From positions 67,139 through 131,138 of the forward strand of contig LCGL01000001.1 in NCBI GenBank assembly GCA_000999715.1: 64,000 nucleotides of DNA. Direction: 5' to 3'. The number at the start of each line of letters is the position of its first letter. Within the stretch, counting starts at the first letter, position 1. The notes under the pieces were generated by a model. The model worked only from the letters and a program-made list of their open reading frames with translations. It did not search any database and was not told the DNA's origin. This document shows, piece by piece, positions 1-9,246 of the stretch. The DNA comes from Candidatus Falkowbacteria bacterium GW2011_GWF2_43_32. GTDB lineage: Bacteria > Patescibacteriota > Patescibacteriia > Patescibacteriales > UBA12465. The position numbers and the translations under genes were made by a program.

Positions 1-5
1 TAAAA

Positions 6-977
6 TTAACGAGAAATTTTTAATTTTTTCCACCAAGCGACATTATCTTTATACCAGGCGATGGTCCGGCGCAAACCGTCGGCAAAATCAATCTGCGGCT
101 CCCAGCCCAACTCTTTTTGCGCCTTGCCGAAATCAATCGCATAACGCCGATCATGCCCGGGTCGATCGGGCACATATTCGATCATATCTTCGCCTTGTTC
201 CATCAATTGCAAAATCATCTTGGTCATTTCCATTCCGGTTTTTTCATTACCGCCTCCCAGACAATAAGTTTCACCGATTCTTCCCTTTTTGATTATCATC
301 TCCACGCCGCGATTATGATCGTCGACATGAATCCAATCGCGAACGCATTCGCCGCGACCGAAGACCGGCACCTTCTCGCCGGCCATCAATCTGGTCGTAA
401 ACAACGGAATTAATTTTTCCGGATATTGATAAGGACCGTAATTATTGGAACAATTGGAAATGCTTATCGGCAAATTATGAGTATGATAATAAGCGCGAAC
501 CAAGTGATCGGAAGCGGCTTTGGAAGCGCTGTAAGGAGAACGGGGATCATAAGGCGTTTGTTCGTTGAACTTCGGCGAATCAAAATCCAAAGAACCGAAA
601 ACCTCGTCGGTGGACACATGATGAAAACGAATATGGCCGTTATTTTTGGCGGCGTCTAAAAGAACACGCGTTCCCTCGACATTAGTTTTGATGAAATCGG
701 CGCTGTCTTTGATGGAGCGATCCACGTGGCTCTCGGCGGCAAAATGAACTATCAAATCAACTCCTTTAACCAAATCGTTAACCAAGGCGGCATCGCAAAT
801 ATCGCCCCGAACAAATTTATAATTGGGATGGTTTTCCACGTCTTTCAAATTATCGAGATTGCCGGCATAGGTCAGAAGATCGAGATTGATTAACTGATCC
901 TCCGGACAATTCTGCAACCAATAATGTATGAAATTGGAACCGATGAATCCGGCACCGCCGGTAATTAAAATTTTCAT
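6..977 (-). CDS. rfbB: dTDP-glucose 4,6-dehydratase
   Basis: 323 aa. N-terminal Rossmann motif GGAGFIGSNF, catalytic YSASK (YxxxK), and overall extended-SDR layout typical of RmlB. Confidence 0.9.
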   Translation of the reverse strand: MKILITGGAGFIGSNFIHYWLQNCPEDQLINLDLLTYAGNLDNLKDVENHPNYKFVRGDICDAALVNDLVKGVDLIVHFAAESHVDRSIKDSADFIKTNVEGTRVLLDAAKNNGHIRFHHVSTDEVFGSLDFDSPKFNEQTPYDPRSPYSASKAASDHLVRAYYHTHNLPISISNCSNNYGPYQYPEKLIPLFTTRLMAGEKVPVFGRGECVRDWIHVDDHNRGVEMIIKKGRIGETYCLGGGNEKTGMEMTKMILQLMEQGEDMIEYVPDRPGHDRRYAIDFGKAQKELGWEPQIDFADGLRRTIAWYKDNVAWWKKLKISR

Positions 978-979
978 AT

Positions 980-1375
980 TTAATTTTTTAAAATCTCTAA
1001 CATTTTTTCCGCTTCCCCGGATCCGTAGTCAACGTGCAACCATGTCGGATAACCGTCATCCCGATGCCGCGGAATAAGATGAAAATGAAGATGCGGAACG
1101 GTTTGTCCGGCGGTTGCGCCGTTATTCAAAATAACGTTATAGCCCTCCAAGTTCAATCTTGCTTTCAACCGTTCGCCGATTTTTTTGACGACCACGATCA
1201 AATCTTGCAATTCAAGAACGGGAATTTCTTCCAAATTCCGGTAATGTTGTTTGAGAATAACCAGCGTGTGACCGGGATTGACCGGACGCACATCCAAAAA
1301 AGCGAGAACCCGCTCGTTTTCATAAACCTTCTTCGCCGGAATTTCACCGCTGACGATTTGGCAAAAAATACACAT
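980..1375 (-). CDS. HIT-family (histidine triad) hydrolase
   Basis: 131 aa with histidine-triad motif HLHFHLIPR near the C-terminus and the CIFC N-terminal element typical of HIT/Hint proteins. Confidence 0.85.
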   Translation of the reverse strand: MCIFCQIVSGEIPAKKVYENERVLAFLDVRPVNPGHTLVILKQHYRNLEEIPVLELQDLIVVVKKIGERLKARLNLEGYNVILNNGATAGQTVPHLHFHLIPRHRDDGYPTWLHVDYGSGEAEKMLEILKN

Positions 1376-1440
1376 ATAATTGATTTAATGACGTCTTATC
1401 GGCCCCCTGACGTCATCTGATTAAATCCTCGCTCCGCAAT

Positions 1441-1893
1441 TTAATCTATCTGATAAGGGCTGTCTTCTTTATTCTCCCAGCGAATCTCATCAACCGTTTC
1501 TTTTTTGCCGACGCCGCCATAAAGCTGATTCGGTAAATTGATGCTTAAGGCCGGAATGTCGGAAATACATTTATAGCCGTGCACCACGCCCGGAGGAATA
1601 ATCACCAAAGAAGGATTCTCTTCTCCGACTTCCAACACCAATTTTTCTCCTCGTGTCGCGGAATCTTCCCGACGGTCCCATAAATATAAGCGGAAACTGC
1701 CCGGACCGAGAAAAACAAAACAATCGCTTTGACTGACATGTTCGTGCGGACCGCGCCTCACGCCGGGGTTAGTCAAACTGACGTAAGACATCGCCGGCCG
1801 AAAATCGGATTCGTCATTACGCCATACTTCGGACAACCACCCGCGCTCGTCTCGATTCTTGTCGAGTTTTTTGATAATCAAATCTTTAATCAT
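1441..1893 (-). CDS. RmlC-like cupin (dTDP-4-dehydrorhamnose 3,5-epimerase family, short form)
   Basis: 150 aa. DERGWLSE and RRGPHEH motifs resemble RmlC-type cupins, and the gene sits next to rfbB. An FdtA-like sugar isomerase cannot be excluded. Confidence 0.55.
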   Translation of the reverse strand: MIKDLIIKKLDKNRDERGWLSEVWRNDESDFRPAMSYVSLTNPGVRRGPHEHVSQSDCFVFLGPGSFRLYLWDRREDSATRGEKLVLEVGEENPSLVIIPPGVVHGYKCISDIPALSINLPNQLYGGVGKKETVDEIRWENKEDSPYQID

Positions 1894-1903
1894 AAAAATA
1901 TCG

Positions 1904-2923
1904 TTAATTTTTCGGTCGCTTTTTCCCGACCGTTTTCAACAAACCGTCTTGAGCGCCCAGATGAGCCACCTTGGCGGCCGCATTTCTGACACTCAAACGC
2001 AAAGCGCGATTAATATCGCCGTCAAACAAAACCAGTCCGGCGGCAAAAGTGGAATTAAACACGTCACCGACACCGGTGGTGTCCACGCGACGGCTTTCTT
2101 GTTTGATCGGCTGATAATAAATCTGCTGTCCGTCATAGACCTTCACGCCGCTCTGACCCATGGTAATCATTACGATCTTCGGACCGAAGCTCTTGATGAT
2201 TTTTAAAAGATTGTCGGTATCGTTTAAAACGGCGCGACCCAAACGGCGATGTTCGGCCGAGCTCAAAACCAATTCTATCGCCTCATCTTTATTCAAAGCA
2301 AAAATCGTCGTTTTCTTTAAAAAAGCCGCGATTTTTTTCAATCCGGCCCGACATTGCGTCGTTCCGGGATTCCAAGAAATCTGCGGCCGACTTTGGCCGG
2401 TACCGACGGAAGCGCACACGGAAAAAACTTTTTTTAATTTATTTTCCCAATCGCCCGATAAAGAGGCGATATGAATATTTCGCGCCGCGCGCAAAGCCTT
2501 TAATTGCGGACCGTCAATCGTCAAACTACGATTGGCGCCGCGCGAACCGAAAATAACCCGTTCGCCGGTCGGCGCCACCAAGATAAAAGAAGTGCCGCTT
2601 TCCGTCCCCTTGATAACGGACAACAGGCGCGTATCGATATTCCGGTTTTTTAAATTGGCAACAATCAAGCGACCGCCCTCGTCCGTGCCGATGGCCGCCA
2701 AGCAAGCGGTTCGGAAACCGAAATTGGCCAGACAGACGGCCGAATTGGCCGCGCCGCCGCCGAAAGAATAGTAAAATTTATCCACTTTGATTTTCGCGCC
2801 ATATTCAAAAGCCAACAATTCCTGACGCAAAACGTCCCGACGATTATCAATCAATACGCCTTGATCGGTAAAAAAAGAAATGTCGCGAGTCGCTCCGCCA
2901 ACGGTGATAAAATCGTATTTCAT
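1904..2923 (-). CDS. PfkB-family carbohydrate kinase
   Basis: 339 aa. GGGAANSAV N-terminal motif and DTTGVGDVFNSTFAAG C-terminal ATP/anion-hole motif of ribokinase/PfkB kinases. Confidence 0.8.
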   Translation of the reverse strand: MKYDFITVGGATRDISFFTDQGVLIDNRRDVLRQELLAFEYGAKIKVDKFYYSFGGGAANSAVCLANFGFRTACLAAIGTDEGGRLIVANLKNRNIDTRLLSVIKGTESGTSFILVAPTGERVIFGSRGANRSLTIDGPQLKALRAARNIHIASLSGDWENKLKKVFSVCASVGTGQSRPQISWNPGTTQCRAGLKKIAAFLKKTTIFALNKDEAIELVLSSAEHRRLGRAVLNDTDNLLKIIKSFGPKIVMITMGQSGVKVYDGQQIYYQPIKQESRRVDTTGVGDVFNSTFAAGLVLFDGDINRALRLSVRNAAAKVAHLGAQDGLLKTVGKKRPKN

Positions 2924-2949
2924 ATAAGTGATCCTTTAATAAAATAATA

Positions 2950-3492
2950 TCATAAAAGGGGCTTTTTCTCCAGGAAAAACGGTTGCAGACGACGAGTCAA
3001 AATGCCGGCGAAATTAAAAGTCAACAGAGCAACAATCAAACTCCAGGCGCTCTGATAAGCCAGTGCTCGCCAAAAATTACCGTCAACCAGAAAAAACGCC
3101 GCTTGATCGTACGCCGATAAAGACAAGAGAATCTCTTTGGTTATATTATAAACAATCGTCGCCGATAAAATTAACGCCAAAAACGAATATAAAGAGCGAT
3201 TGGTCAGCCAAGAAACGGACAACCAGTGAGCGCAGGCGGCTGTCAAAAATAAAGCGATCAAATACAAGCCGAAAAAATTGAAAGAAATCAGGTCCAGCCA
3301 AAAACCGGCGATGAGTGCCGTCCAGACGGCCGTCCGAAAATCGAAAAAAAATAAAAAAAACAGCAAAACAATCACCACCAGATTAATTTGTCCGAAAAAT
3401 TCCGGCAAAGAAGACAAAAAAGAAAATTGCGCCAAAGCCGCGGCGGAGACAAAAACAAGAAAAAAAATAATCTGCCCGATTTTTTTAAACAT
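2950..3492 (-). CDS. mreD: rod shape-determining protein MreD (probable)
   Basis: 180-aa polytopic membrane protein directly downstream of mreB-mreC. Called from position and hydrophobic profile only. Confidence 0.5.
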   Translation of the reverse strand: MFKKIGQIIFFLVFVSAAALAQFSFLSSLPEFFGQINLVVIVLLFFLFFFDFRTAVWTALIAGFWLDLISFNFFGLYLIALFLTAACAHWLSVSWLTNRSLYSFLALILSATIVYNITKEILLSLSAYDQAAFFLVDGNFWRALAYQSAWSLIVALLTFNFAGILTRRLQPFFLEKKPLL

Positions 3493-3517
3493 AAGCTGGC
3501 TTGATAAACCGAATAAA

Positions 3518-4318
3518 TCAAGGAATGATTACGGATACGACCGTCAGGCTGTTTAAATTAACCAACGGCTCAATGGTCGCCGATTGCCAAACCTCGTTGC
3601 TGGCATTTTGAACTTGGGTCACTTTACCGATAATCAAACCGCGCGGAATACCGCCGCCGAGACCGGAAGTAACCACCGTATCGCCCGGAGCGATTTGATC
3701 CAATTGCGGAATATAATTCATCCGAACGGTCAACCCTAAATCGCCATCGGTAATGCCTTGAGTCTTATCCTGATTTTGAATGGCCGCCGCCAATTGACAA
3801 CGCGGACTGGTCGTCAAACAAATTTTGGCGGTAGCGTCCTTCACTTCCACCACTTGCCCGACGATTACGCCTTCGGCGCTCACTACGCCCAAACCGGAGC
3901 GCAGGCCGTCCCGACTGCCGCGATTGATAATCAAATCGTAATTATCGGCCGCCGTCGTTTCTCGGGCGATGATATTGGCCACCACCGCTTGAAAATTATT
4001 GACATTCAAAAATTGCAAAGTTTCACGCAATCTTTTATTCTCCTCAACCGTCTCTGCGCAACGGGAATCGGCCACCGTCAATTGAGCGACCGTGGCGGTC
4101 AAATCACTAACTTTTTTCTCCAAATCTTCCTTATTTTGCGCCGCTTCGTAAGAGCCGTTCAGCGCGACGCCGTCTTGATAAAAACGAGCCAAAAACGGCT
4201 TAGTCAAAAATAACAACAGATTTTCCGCCGGACGCAAAGCGCCGACCCCATGTAAAAAAACGAGCAGTCCACCGGCTACCAAAAAAATTACGATCGGCTT
4301 GTTTTTTTTGATGATCAT
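3518..4318 (-). CDS. mreC: rod shape-determining protein MreC
   Basis: 266 aa with an N-terminal TM helix, a coiled-coil segment and a C-terminal beta-barrel region (GDTVVTSGLGGGIPRGLIIGKV). Located downstream of mreB. Confidence 0.8.
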   Translation of the reverse strand: MIIKKNKPIVIFLVAGGLLVFLHGVGALRPAENLLLFLTKPFLARFYQDGVALNGSYEAAQNKEDLEKKVSDLTATVAQLTVADSRCAETVEENKRLRETLQFLNVNNFQAVVANIIARETTAADNYDLIINRGSRDGLRSGLGVVSAEGVIVGQVVEVKDATAKICLTTSPRCQLAAAIQNQDKTQGITDGDLGLTVRMNYIPQLDQIAPGDTVVTSGLGGGIPRGLIIGKVTQVQNASNEVWQSATIEPLVNLNSLTVVSVIIP

Positions 4319-4351
4319 CGGATTGACCGCCGATTATCGCCTGACATTTCT

Positions 4352-5392
4352 TTACTCCAGATTATTCGGCAAAATAACTTTTTCCAAAAGCTCTTTATTG
4401 TTAAGCAAAATACCGGTACCGCGCGCCACGCAAGTCAAAGGATCGTCCACGATTTTAACCGGAATTTTTGTGGCCGCGGAAATGGCTTTATCCAAACCGC
4501 GCAGTAAAGCACCGCCGCCGGACAAATATAAACCGCGCTCGTAAATGTCGGAGACCAATTCGGGCGGCGTAGTTTCCAAAATAGTTTTGATATTTTCAAT
4601 GATTTTGACGACGGTGCGATTAATCGCTTCCCTGATTTGTTTATCGCTCACCATCAAAGCTTTCGGCAGACCGGTCAAAAGATCGCGACCGCGCACCTCT
4701 ATCTCCTGCGGTTCCTCCAAAGGCACGGCCGAGCCGACGGCGATTTTGATGCTTTCCGCCAATTGTTCGCCGATTAAAATATTGAATTCTTCGCGAACAT
4801 ATTCAATAATATTATTGTCAAATTCATTGCCGGCCGCGCGTAAAGATTTCCAAGTGACGACGCCGCCCAAAGAAATAACGGCAATTTCCGTCGTGCCGCC
4901 GCCGATATCCACCATCATCGTGGCGGTTGCTTCCGTCACCGGCAAACGCGCACCGATAGCCGCGGCCATCGCTTCATCAATCAAGTAAACACGCCGCGCT
5001 CCGGCCGATTTGGCCGCGTCTTCCACGGCTTTTTTTTCTACCTCGGTCAAATCCAACGGAATGCCGATGACCACGCGCGGCCGAGGAATCAGCGCGAAAT
5101 TTTCCGCGTGAACTTTATTGATAAAATATTTCAACATTTTTTCCGTTACTTCAAAATCGGAAATTACGCCGTCCACCAAAGGCTTAATCGCTTCAATATG
5201 CCCGGGTGTCTTGCCCACCATTTTTTTGGCCGCTTCGCCGACTTCCAAAATTTCATTGGTGCGCTTGTTAATCGCCACGACGCTCGGTTCGTTAACGGTA
5301 ATTCCTTTGCCGACAACATAAACCAGGGTATTCTTCGTACCCAAATCTATCCCCAAATCATGACTAAATTTTCCGAGCAATTTATTGAACAT
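4352..5392 (-). CDS. mreB: rod shape-determining protein MreB (actin-like ATPase)
   Basis: 346 aa. DLGIDLGTKNT phosphate-1 motif, VDIGGGTTEIAV phosphate-2, LSGGGALLRGLD adenosine motif. Confidence 0.95.
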   Translation of the reverse strand: MFNKLLGKFSHDLGIDLGTKNTLVYVVGKGITVNEPSVVAINKRTNEILEVGEAAKKMVGKTPGHIEAIKPLVDGVISDFEVTEKMLKYFINKVHAENFALIPRPRVVIGIPLDLTEVEKKAVEDAAKSAGARRVYLIDEAMAAAIGARLPVTEATATMMVDIGGGTTEIAVISLGGVVTWKSLRAAGNEFDNNIIEYVREEFNILIGEQLAESIKIAVGSAVPLEEPQEIEVRGRDLLTGLPKALMVSDKQIREAINRTVVKIIENIKTILETTPPELVSDIYERGLYLSGGGALLRGLDKAISAATKIPVKIVDDPLTCVARGTGILLNNKELLEKVILPNNLE

Positions 5393-5395
5393 AAA

Positions 5396-6622
5396 TTATT
5401 TTAATTTAAGCGCCAAAGCGTCGATTTTTACCAGCTCACCTTTATCATCCGCCCGCTTTTTCAATTCCACGCTATCTTGACTCAAAGTTTTTTTGCTGAC
5501 CACGACGCGATACGGGCAACCGATCAAATCCGCATCGGCAAATTTCTCTCCGGCCGATAAATCGCGATCGTCATATAGCACTTCCGATCCGGCCGAAGTC
5601 AATTGATCATAAATTTCGTCTGCGGTCTGATTTTCGTTCAAAGACACCAAATGCGCTCGGAACGGAGCGACACTGGCCGGCCAAATGATTCCCCGATCAT
5701 CATGATAAGTTTCCACAATCGTTCCCAACGCTCTACTCGGACCGATGCCGTAACAACCCATAATCACCGGTTGTTCCCGGCCGGCCGCATCCTTATATTT
5801 CACTTCAAACGGAGCGGAGAATTTCGTGCCCAGTTTAAAAATATTGCCGACCTCGATTGCTTTCATCTCCGCTAATTTCTCGTTGCCGCATAAGGGACAA
5901 GTTTTCTGTTCGGCGACAATTTCCTGATTGACGGCCACACGACACTGATTGCAAACATGAATCCGATCTTCGCCCTCTTCCGCCAAAGTTTGAAACTCAT
6001 GGGAATATTTGGCGAAAGAACCGCCGGACGCATAGGTCAAATAAGTGTTGTCTCCCAAACCCAAACGCTGAAAAATTTTAAAATATGCTTGGATGACGCG
6101 CTCGTAATAAGCGTCCAAATCCGCTTCGTCGACATGGAAAGAATATAAATCTTTCATCAGAAATTCCCGGCCGCGCAATAAACCGGCTTTAGCCCGTTTC
6201 TCGTTACGAAATTTAGTCTGAATTTGATAAACGCCGAAAGGCAAATCTTTATAAGAAAAAATGTTTTTGCCGGCCAAAGGAGTGACCACCTCTTCATGCG
6301 TCGCCCCCAAAGCATATTCCCGTTGATCGTTGCCGGATAAGCGAAATAAAGCGTCAAAGGTGGCCCAACGATCGGTCGCCTGCCAATTTTCTTTGGGAAT
6401 CAAGGCCGCCATCAATATTTCCTGACCACCGATATTGTCTATTTCCTCGCGAATAATTTGGCAAATTTTATCCAACACCCGCTTGCCTAAAGGCAAATAA
6501 GAATAAATACCCGCCCCGGTCTTGTCGACAAAACCGGCGCGAATCAATGCTTGCGCATTATAGCTGGCCTCGTCTTTCGGCAACTCTTTGACAGTTTTGG
6601 TGAAAAGCTGAGATTGTCTCAT
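5396..6622 (-). CDS. proS: prolyl-tRNA synthetase, short form without the INS editing domain
   Basis: 408 aa with class II motifs (REFLMKDLYSF, GCYGIGPSR) and a C-terminal anticodon-binding domain. A CxxC...CxxC cluster sits where E. coli-type ProRS carries the INS domain. Confidence 0.85.
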   Translation of the reverse strand: MRQSQLFTKTVKELPKDEASYNAQALIRAGFVDKTGAGIYSYLPLGKRVLDKICQIIREEIDNIGGQEILMAALIPKENWQATDRWATFDALFRLSGNDQREYALGATHEEVVTPLAGKNIFSYKDLPFGVYQIQTKFRNEKRAKAGLLRGREFLMKDLYSFHVDEADLDAYYERVIQAYFKIFQRLGLGDNTYLTYASGGSFAKYSHEFQTLAEEGEDRIHVCNQCRVAVNQEIVAEQKTCPLCGNEKLAEMKAIEVGNIFKLGTKFSAPFEVKYKDAAGREQPVIMGCYGIGPSRALGTIVETYHDDRGIIWPASVAPFRAHLVSLNENQTADEIYDQLTSAGSEVLYDDRDLSAGEKFADADLIGCPYRVVVSKKTLSQDSVELKKRADDKGELVKIDALALKLK

Positions 6623-6696
6623 AAATAAAGATTATTTTATTCTTATACTAACGAAAAAAAACCGGCTTGTAAAGCGCATTTTTGACCGCGCGCCGA

Positions 6697-7275
6697 TCAA
6701 CGTCGCGCCATTTTTTTCAATGCTTCCTTCACTCTTTCCCCGCTGTCTTTCACGTCCGAACCGACGGCATTTAAAGCCGAGCGCGCTTCGGACAAAGAAT
6801 ATCCCAAAGACATCAGCGCCTCCAATTCGTCACTGCCGCCCGGACCGGTCAAGGTCGCCGTCACCGCTCCGCCGATACGAACGATTTTATTTTTCAATTC
6901 CAAAACTACACGTTCCGCCGTTTTTTTGCCGATACCGGCCACCTTGGTCAACAAACCGGCATCGTCGCGAGCAATCGCTTCTTTGATATCGTCGGCCGTC
7001 GCTAAAGACAAAACTCCCAGAGCCGACTTCGGACCGACGCCGGAAACGGTTAAAAGCAATTCAAACAATTCCAAATCTTCCGCCGTTTTGAAACCGTACA
7101 AATCATCGGCTTCTTCGCGGACATGATGATGCGTATAAACTTCCGCTTCCGCGCCGACTTTCAAATCATTAAGCAGATTCTCGCCGGCATAAATCCGATA
7201 ACCGATATCGCCGGTTTCCAATACGACGTAATTTAAAGTTTTGGCGATTGCCCGTCCGCGCAAAAATGAAATCAT
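6697..7275 (-). CDS. ruvA: Holliday junction DNA helicase subunit RuvA
   Basis: 192 aa. N-terminal OB (MISFLRGR...), twin helix-hairpin-helix motifs (VSGVGPKSALGVL, VAGIGKKTAERV) and C-terminal domain III. Confidence 0.9.
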   Translation of the reverse strand: MISFLRGRAIAKTLNYVVLETGDIGYRIYAGENLLNDLKVGAEAEVYTHHHVREEADDLYGFKTAEDLELFELLLTVSGVGPKSALGVLSLATADDIKEAIARDDAGLLTKVAGIGKKTAERVVLELKNKIVRIGGAVTATLTGPGGSDELEALMSLGYSLSEARSALNAVGSDVKDSGERVKEALKKMARR

Positions 7276-7292
7276 ATTGATAATTTGCTTGT

Positions 7293-8561
7293 TTAATTTA
7301 TTTTTCTTCTCAGCACCGTTCCGATCGGAACTGCGCCGGCCGCGGCCGGTATTTCCAAAATTGCCTGGCGACGACCGCCGCCACCGTGCGCTTCAAGCAA
7401 CTTGGCGCCGGTTTTGGCGTCCCAAAGCTGTCGCGGCTTTGTCTTTATTATATCATATTCCGGCTTAATAATCTCGACGCTGTCGCCGACTTTGACGGTA
7501 TTGTGAACCGTAAAATATATCCGTCGAACGCCGGCTTTTGCCGCCCCGGATTTAATCACTTGTCCGCAAAATTCCCAAGCGCTGGCTTGATGAGAATTAA
7601 CGATGTTTTGATCGGCTCGCCCGCCCGACAAAAAGCCGGACGTATAACCGCGATGCGTCACTTTATCTGTCAACTCCTTATATAAAAGATTCGTTTCTTT
7701 CTGCCATCGCGCCGCGGAAATCGGAGCGGCCAATAAATTCAAAGCACGACGATAAATTCCCGTGATCGTCGCTTGATAATAAACGCTTTTGGCGCGTCCT
7801 TCAATTTTAAAACTGGTCACGCCGGCCGCCCTTAACTCTCTTAAATATTTCAATAAACATAAATCCCGGGAATTCAATAAGTAGGCGCCGTGTTTTTCTT
7901 CCACCAACTCTAAAATCTCTTCATGACCGCCGGCTTTAATTTCATAACGATTGACATCATATTTCCAGCGGCACGGCTGAGCGCAATCTCCCAGATTGGC
8001 GCTCCGATCAACGAATAATTTGGATAAAAAACAACGGCCGGAGTAAGCCATGCACATCGCACCATGCACGAAATATTCCAACTCCACGGCCGGCGCGGCC
8101 CGATGAATCTCTTTTATTTCTTTCAGCGTCACTTCACGCCCCAAGATAATACGTTTGATTCCTCGACGCGCCCAAAACTTCACCGCCTCCGAGTTGGTGC
8201 AATTCGCTTGCGTGGACAAATGAATCTCCGCGGCCGGCCAATATTTTTTAACGACGGCGATGACGCCGGGATCGGAAACAATCAGCGCGTCAACCTTCAA
8301 CGCTCGCAATTGTTTCAGATAAGCCGGCAATTTTTTAAAATGTCGATTATGAGCGAAGATATTAATGGTAACATAAACTTTTTTCTTGGCCGCTTGCGCA
8401 TATTTGACGGCCATCTTGATTCCGGCCAAATTAAAATCATTGATTCTGACGCGCAAAGAAAAATCAGGCAGACCCAAATAAACAGCATCCGCCCCGTAAG
8501 TAAAAGCGGTTTTCATTTTCAATAAATTTCCGGCCGGCGCCAATAATTCCAATTTTTTCAT
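7293..8561 (-). CDS. peptidase U32 family protein
   Basis: 422 aa. N-terminus MKKLELLAPAGN...GADAVYLG and the central E..VHGAMCMAYSGRC motif are typical of the U32 family. Confidence 0.85.
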   Translation of the reverse strand: MKKLELLAPAGNLLKMKTAFTYGADAVYLGLPDFSLRVRINDFNLAGIKMAVKYAQAAKKKVYVTINIFAHNRHFKKLPAYLKQLRALKVDALIVSDPGVIAVVKKYWPAAEIHLSTQANCTNSEAVKFWARRGIKRIILGREVTLKEIKEIHRAAPAVELEYFVHGAMCMAYSGRCFLSKLFVDRSANLGDCAQPCRWKYDVNRYEIKAGGHEEILELVEEKHGAYLLNSRDLCLLKYLRELRAAGVTSFKIEGRAKSVYYQATITGIYRRALNLLAAPISAARWQKETNLLYKELTDKVTHRGYTSGFLSGGRADQNIVNSHQASAWEFCGQVIKSGAAKAGVRRIYFTVHNTVKVGDSVEIIKPEYDIIKTKPRQLWDAKTGAKLLEAHGGGGRRQAILEIPAAAGAVPIGTVLRRKIN

Positions 8562-8588
8562 ATATTAGCCAATATTTTACTCAATCAT

Positions 8589-8616
8589 AGTATAGTACAA
8601 TTTTATGTTTAAATAA
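8589..8616 (-). promoter_or_regulatory. candidate promoter of the U32 gene (TTATTT-16 nt-TATACT), part of a motif shared with the secA upstream region
   Basis: On the minus strand GTCAATATTTATTTAA-N14-TATACTA occurs here and again at 17384-17420 upstream of secA. Confidence 0.35.
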
Positions 8617-8708
8617 ATATTGACAATATCATATAAAAATGTTTAAATAGCCGCTTGCTATTGACAAAAAAGAAATAAAATATAATAATTGACAAACAAG
8701 GATAATCA

Positions 8709-9167
8709 ATGGGCGCCCGTGAGGGCCTTATAAACAGCACTTTCACAAACAATCAAAAAAATCAAATTATGATAACAATCACCTTAATGACCATTTGCCA
8801 GCTCCGGGAGTTTCGCCGCAAGATCAATCGTCCCTATCATTTTTTTCTTATCTCGGCTTGGGATCGCGATCGCCGGGTTGACTCTTTCCGACTGAGTTTC
8901 GTCGATCATGACAATCGAGCGACCACGCTTACGGAACGGATACAAAAACACACTATCGTCGCCGTTAAAAAAAATGAAAAAATCACTTTCTTCACTCTCA
9001 ACTCCTGTTGGAAATTAAAAATCCAAGAGTTGAAAATAAAATCGGAATTTTTCATTCCCGATTTCATCATTCCGGCTTTGGAAACAAAAGAGGCCGAACC
9101 GGAACAAGAACAGGAAATGATTAAATTTTTTCCGAAAAAAACCATAGATGAATGCTTGCTCAATTAA
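8709..9167 (+). CDS. hypothetical protein (only plus-strand ORF in this stretch; start uncertain)
   Basis: 152-aa ORF in an AT-rich gap, preceded by three TTGACA hexamers (8620-8692) and followed by a clear terminator at 9176-9205. No recognisable motifs. Confidence 0.3.
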   Translation: MGAREGLINSTFTNNQKNQIMITITLMTICQLREFRRKINRPYHFFLISAWDRDRRVDSFRLSFVDHDNRATTLTERIQKHTIVAVKKNEKITFFTLNSCWKLKIQELKIKSEFFIPDFIIPALETKEAEPEQEQEMIKFFPKKTIDECLLN

Positions 9168-9175
9168 GCTCATCT

Positions 9176-9205
9176 AAAAACCCTTCCGATAAAGAAGGGT
9201 TTTTT
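9176..9205. terminator. bidirectional rho-independent terminator
   Basis: AAAAACCCTTC-cgataaa-GAAGGGTTTTTT, a GC stem flanked by an A-run and a T-run. Lies between the convergent plus ORF and the NIF3-like gene. Confidence 0.6.
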
Positions 9206-9246
9206 ATTTCCGCAAAATAATCGTAAAAAAATAAGTTTTATTCCAT

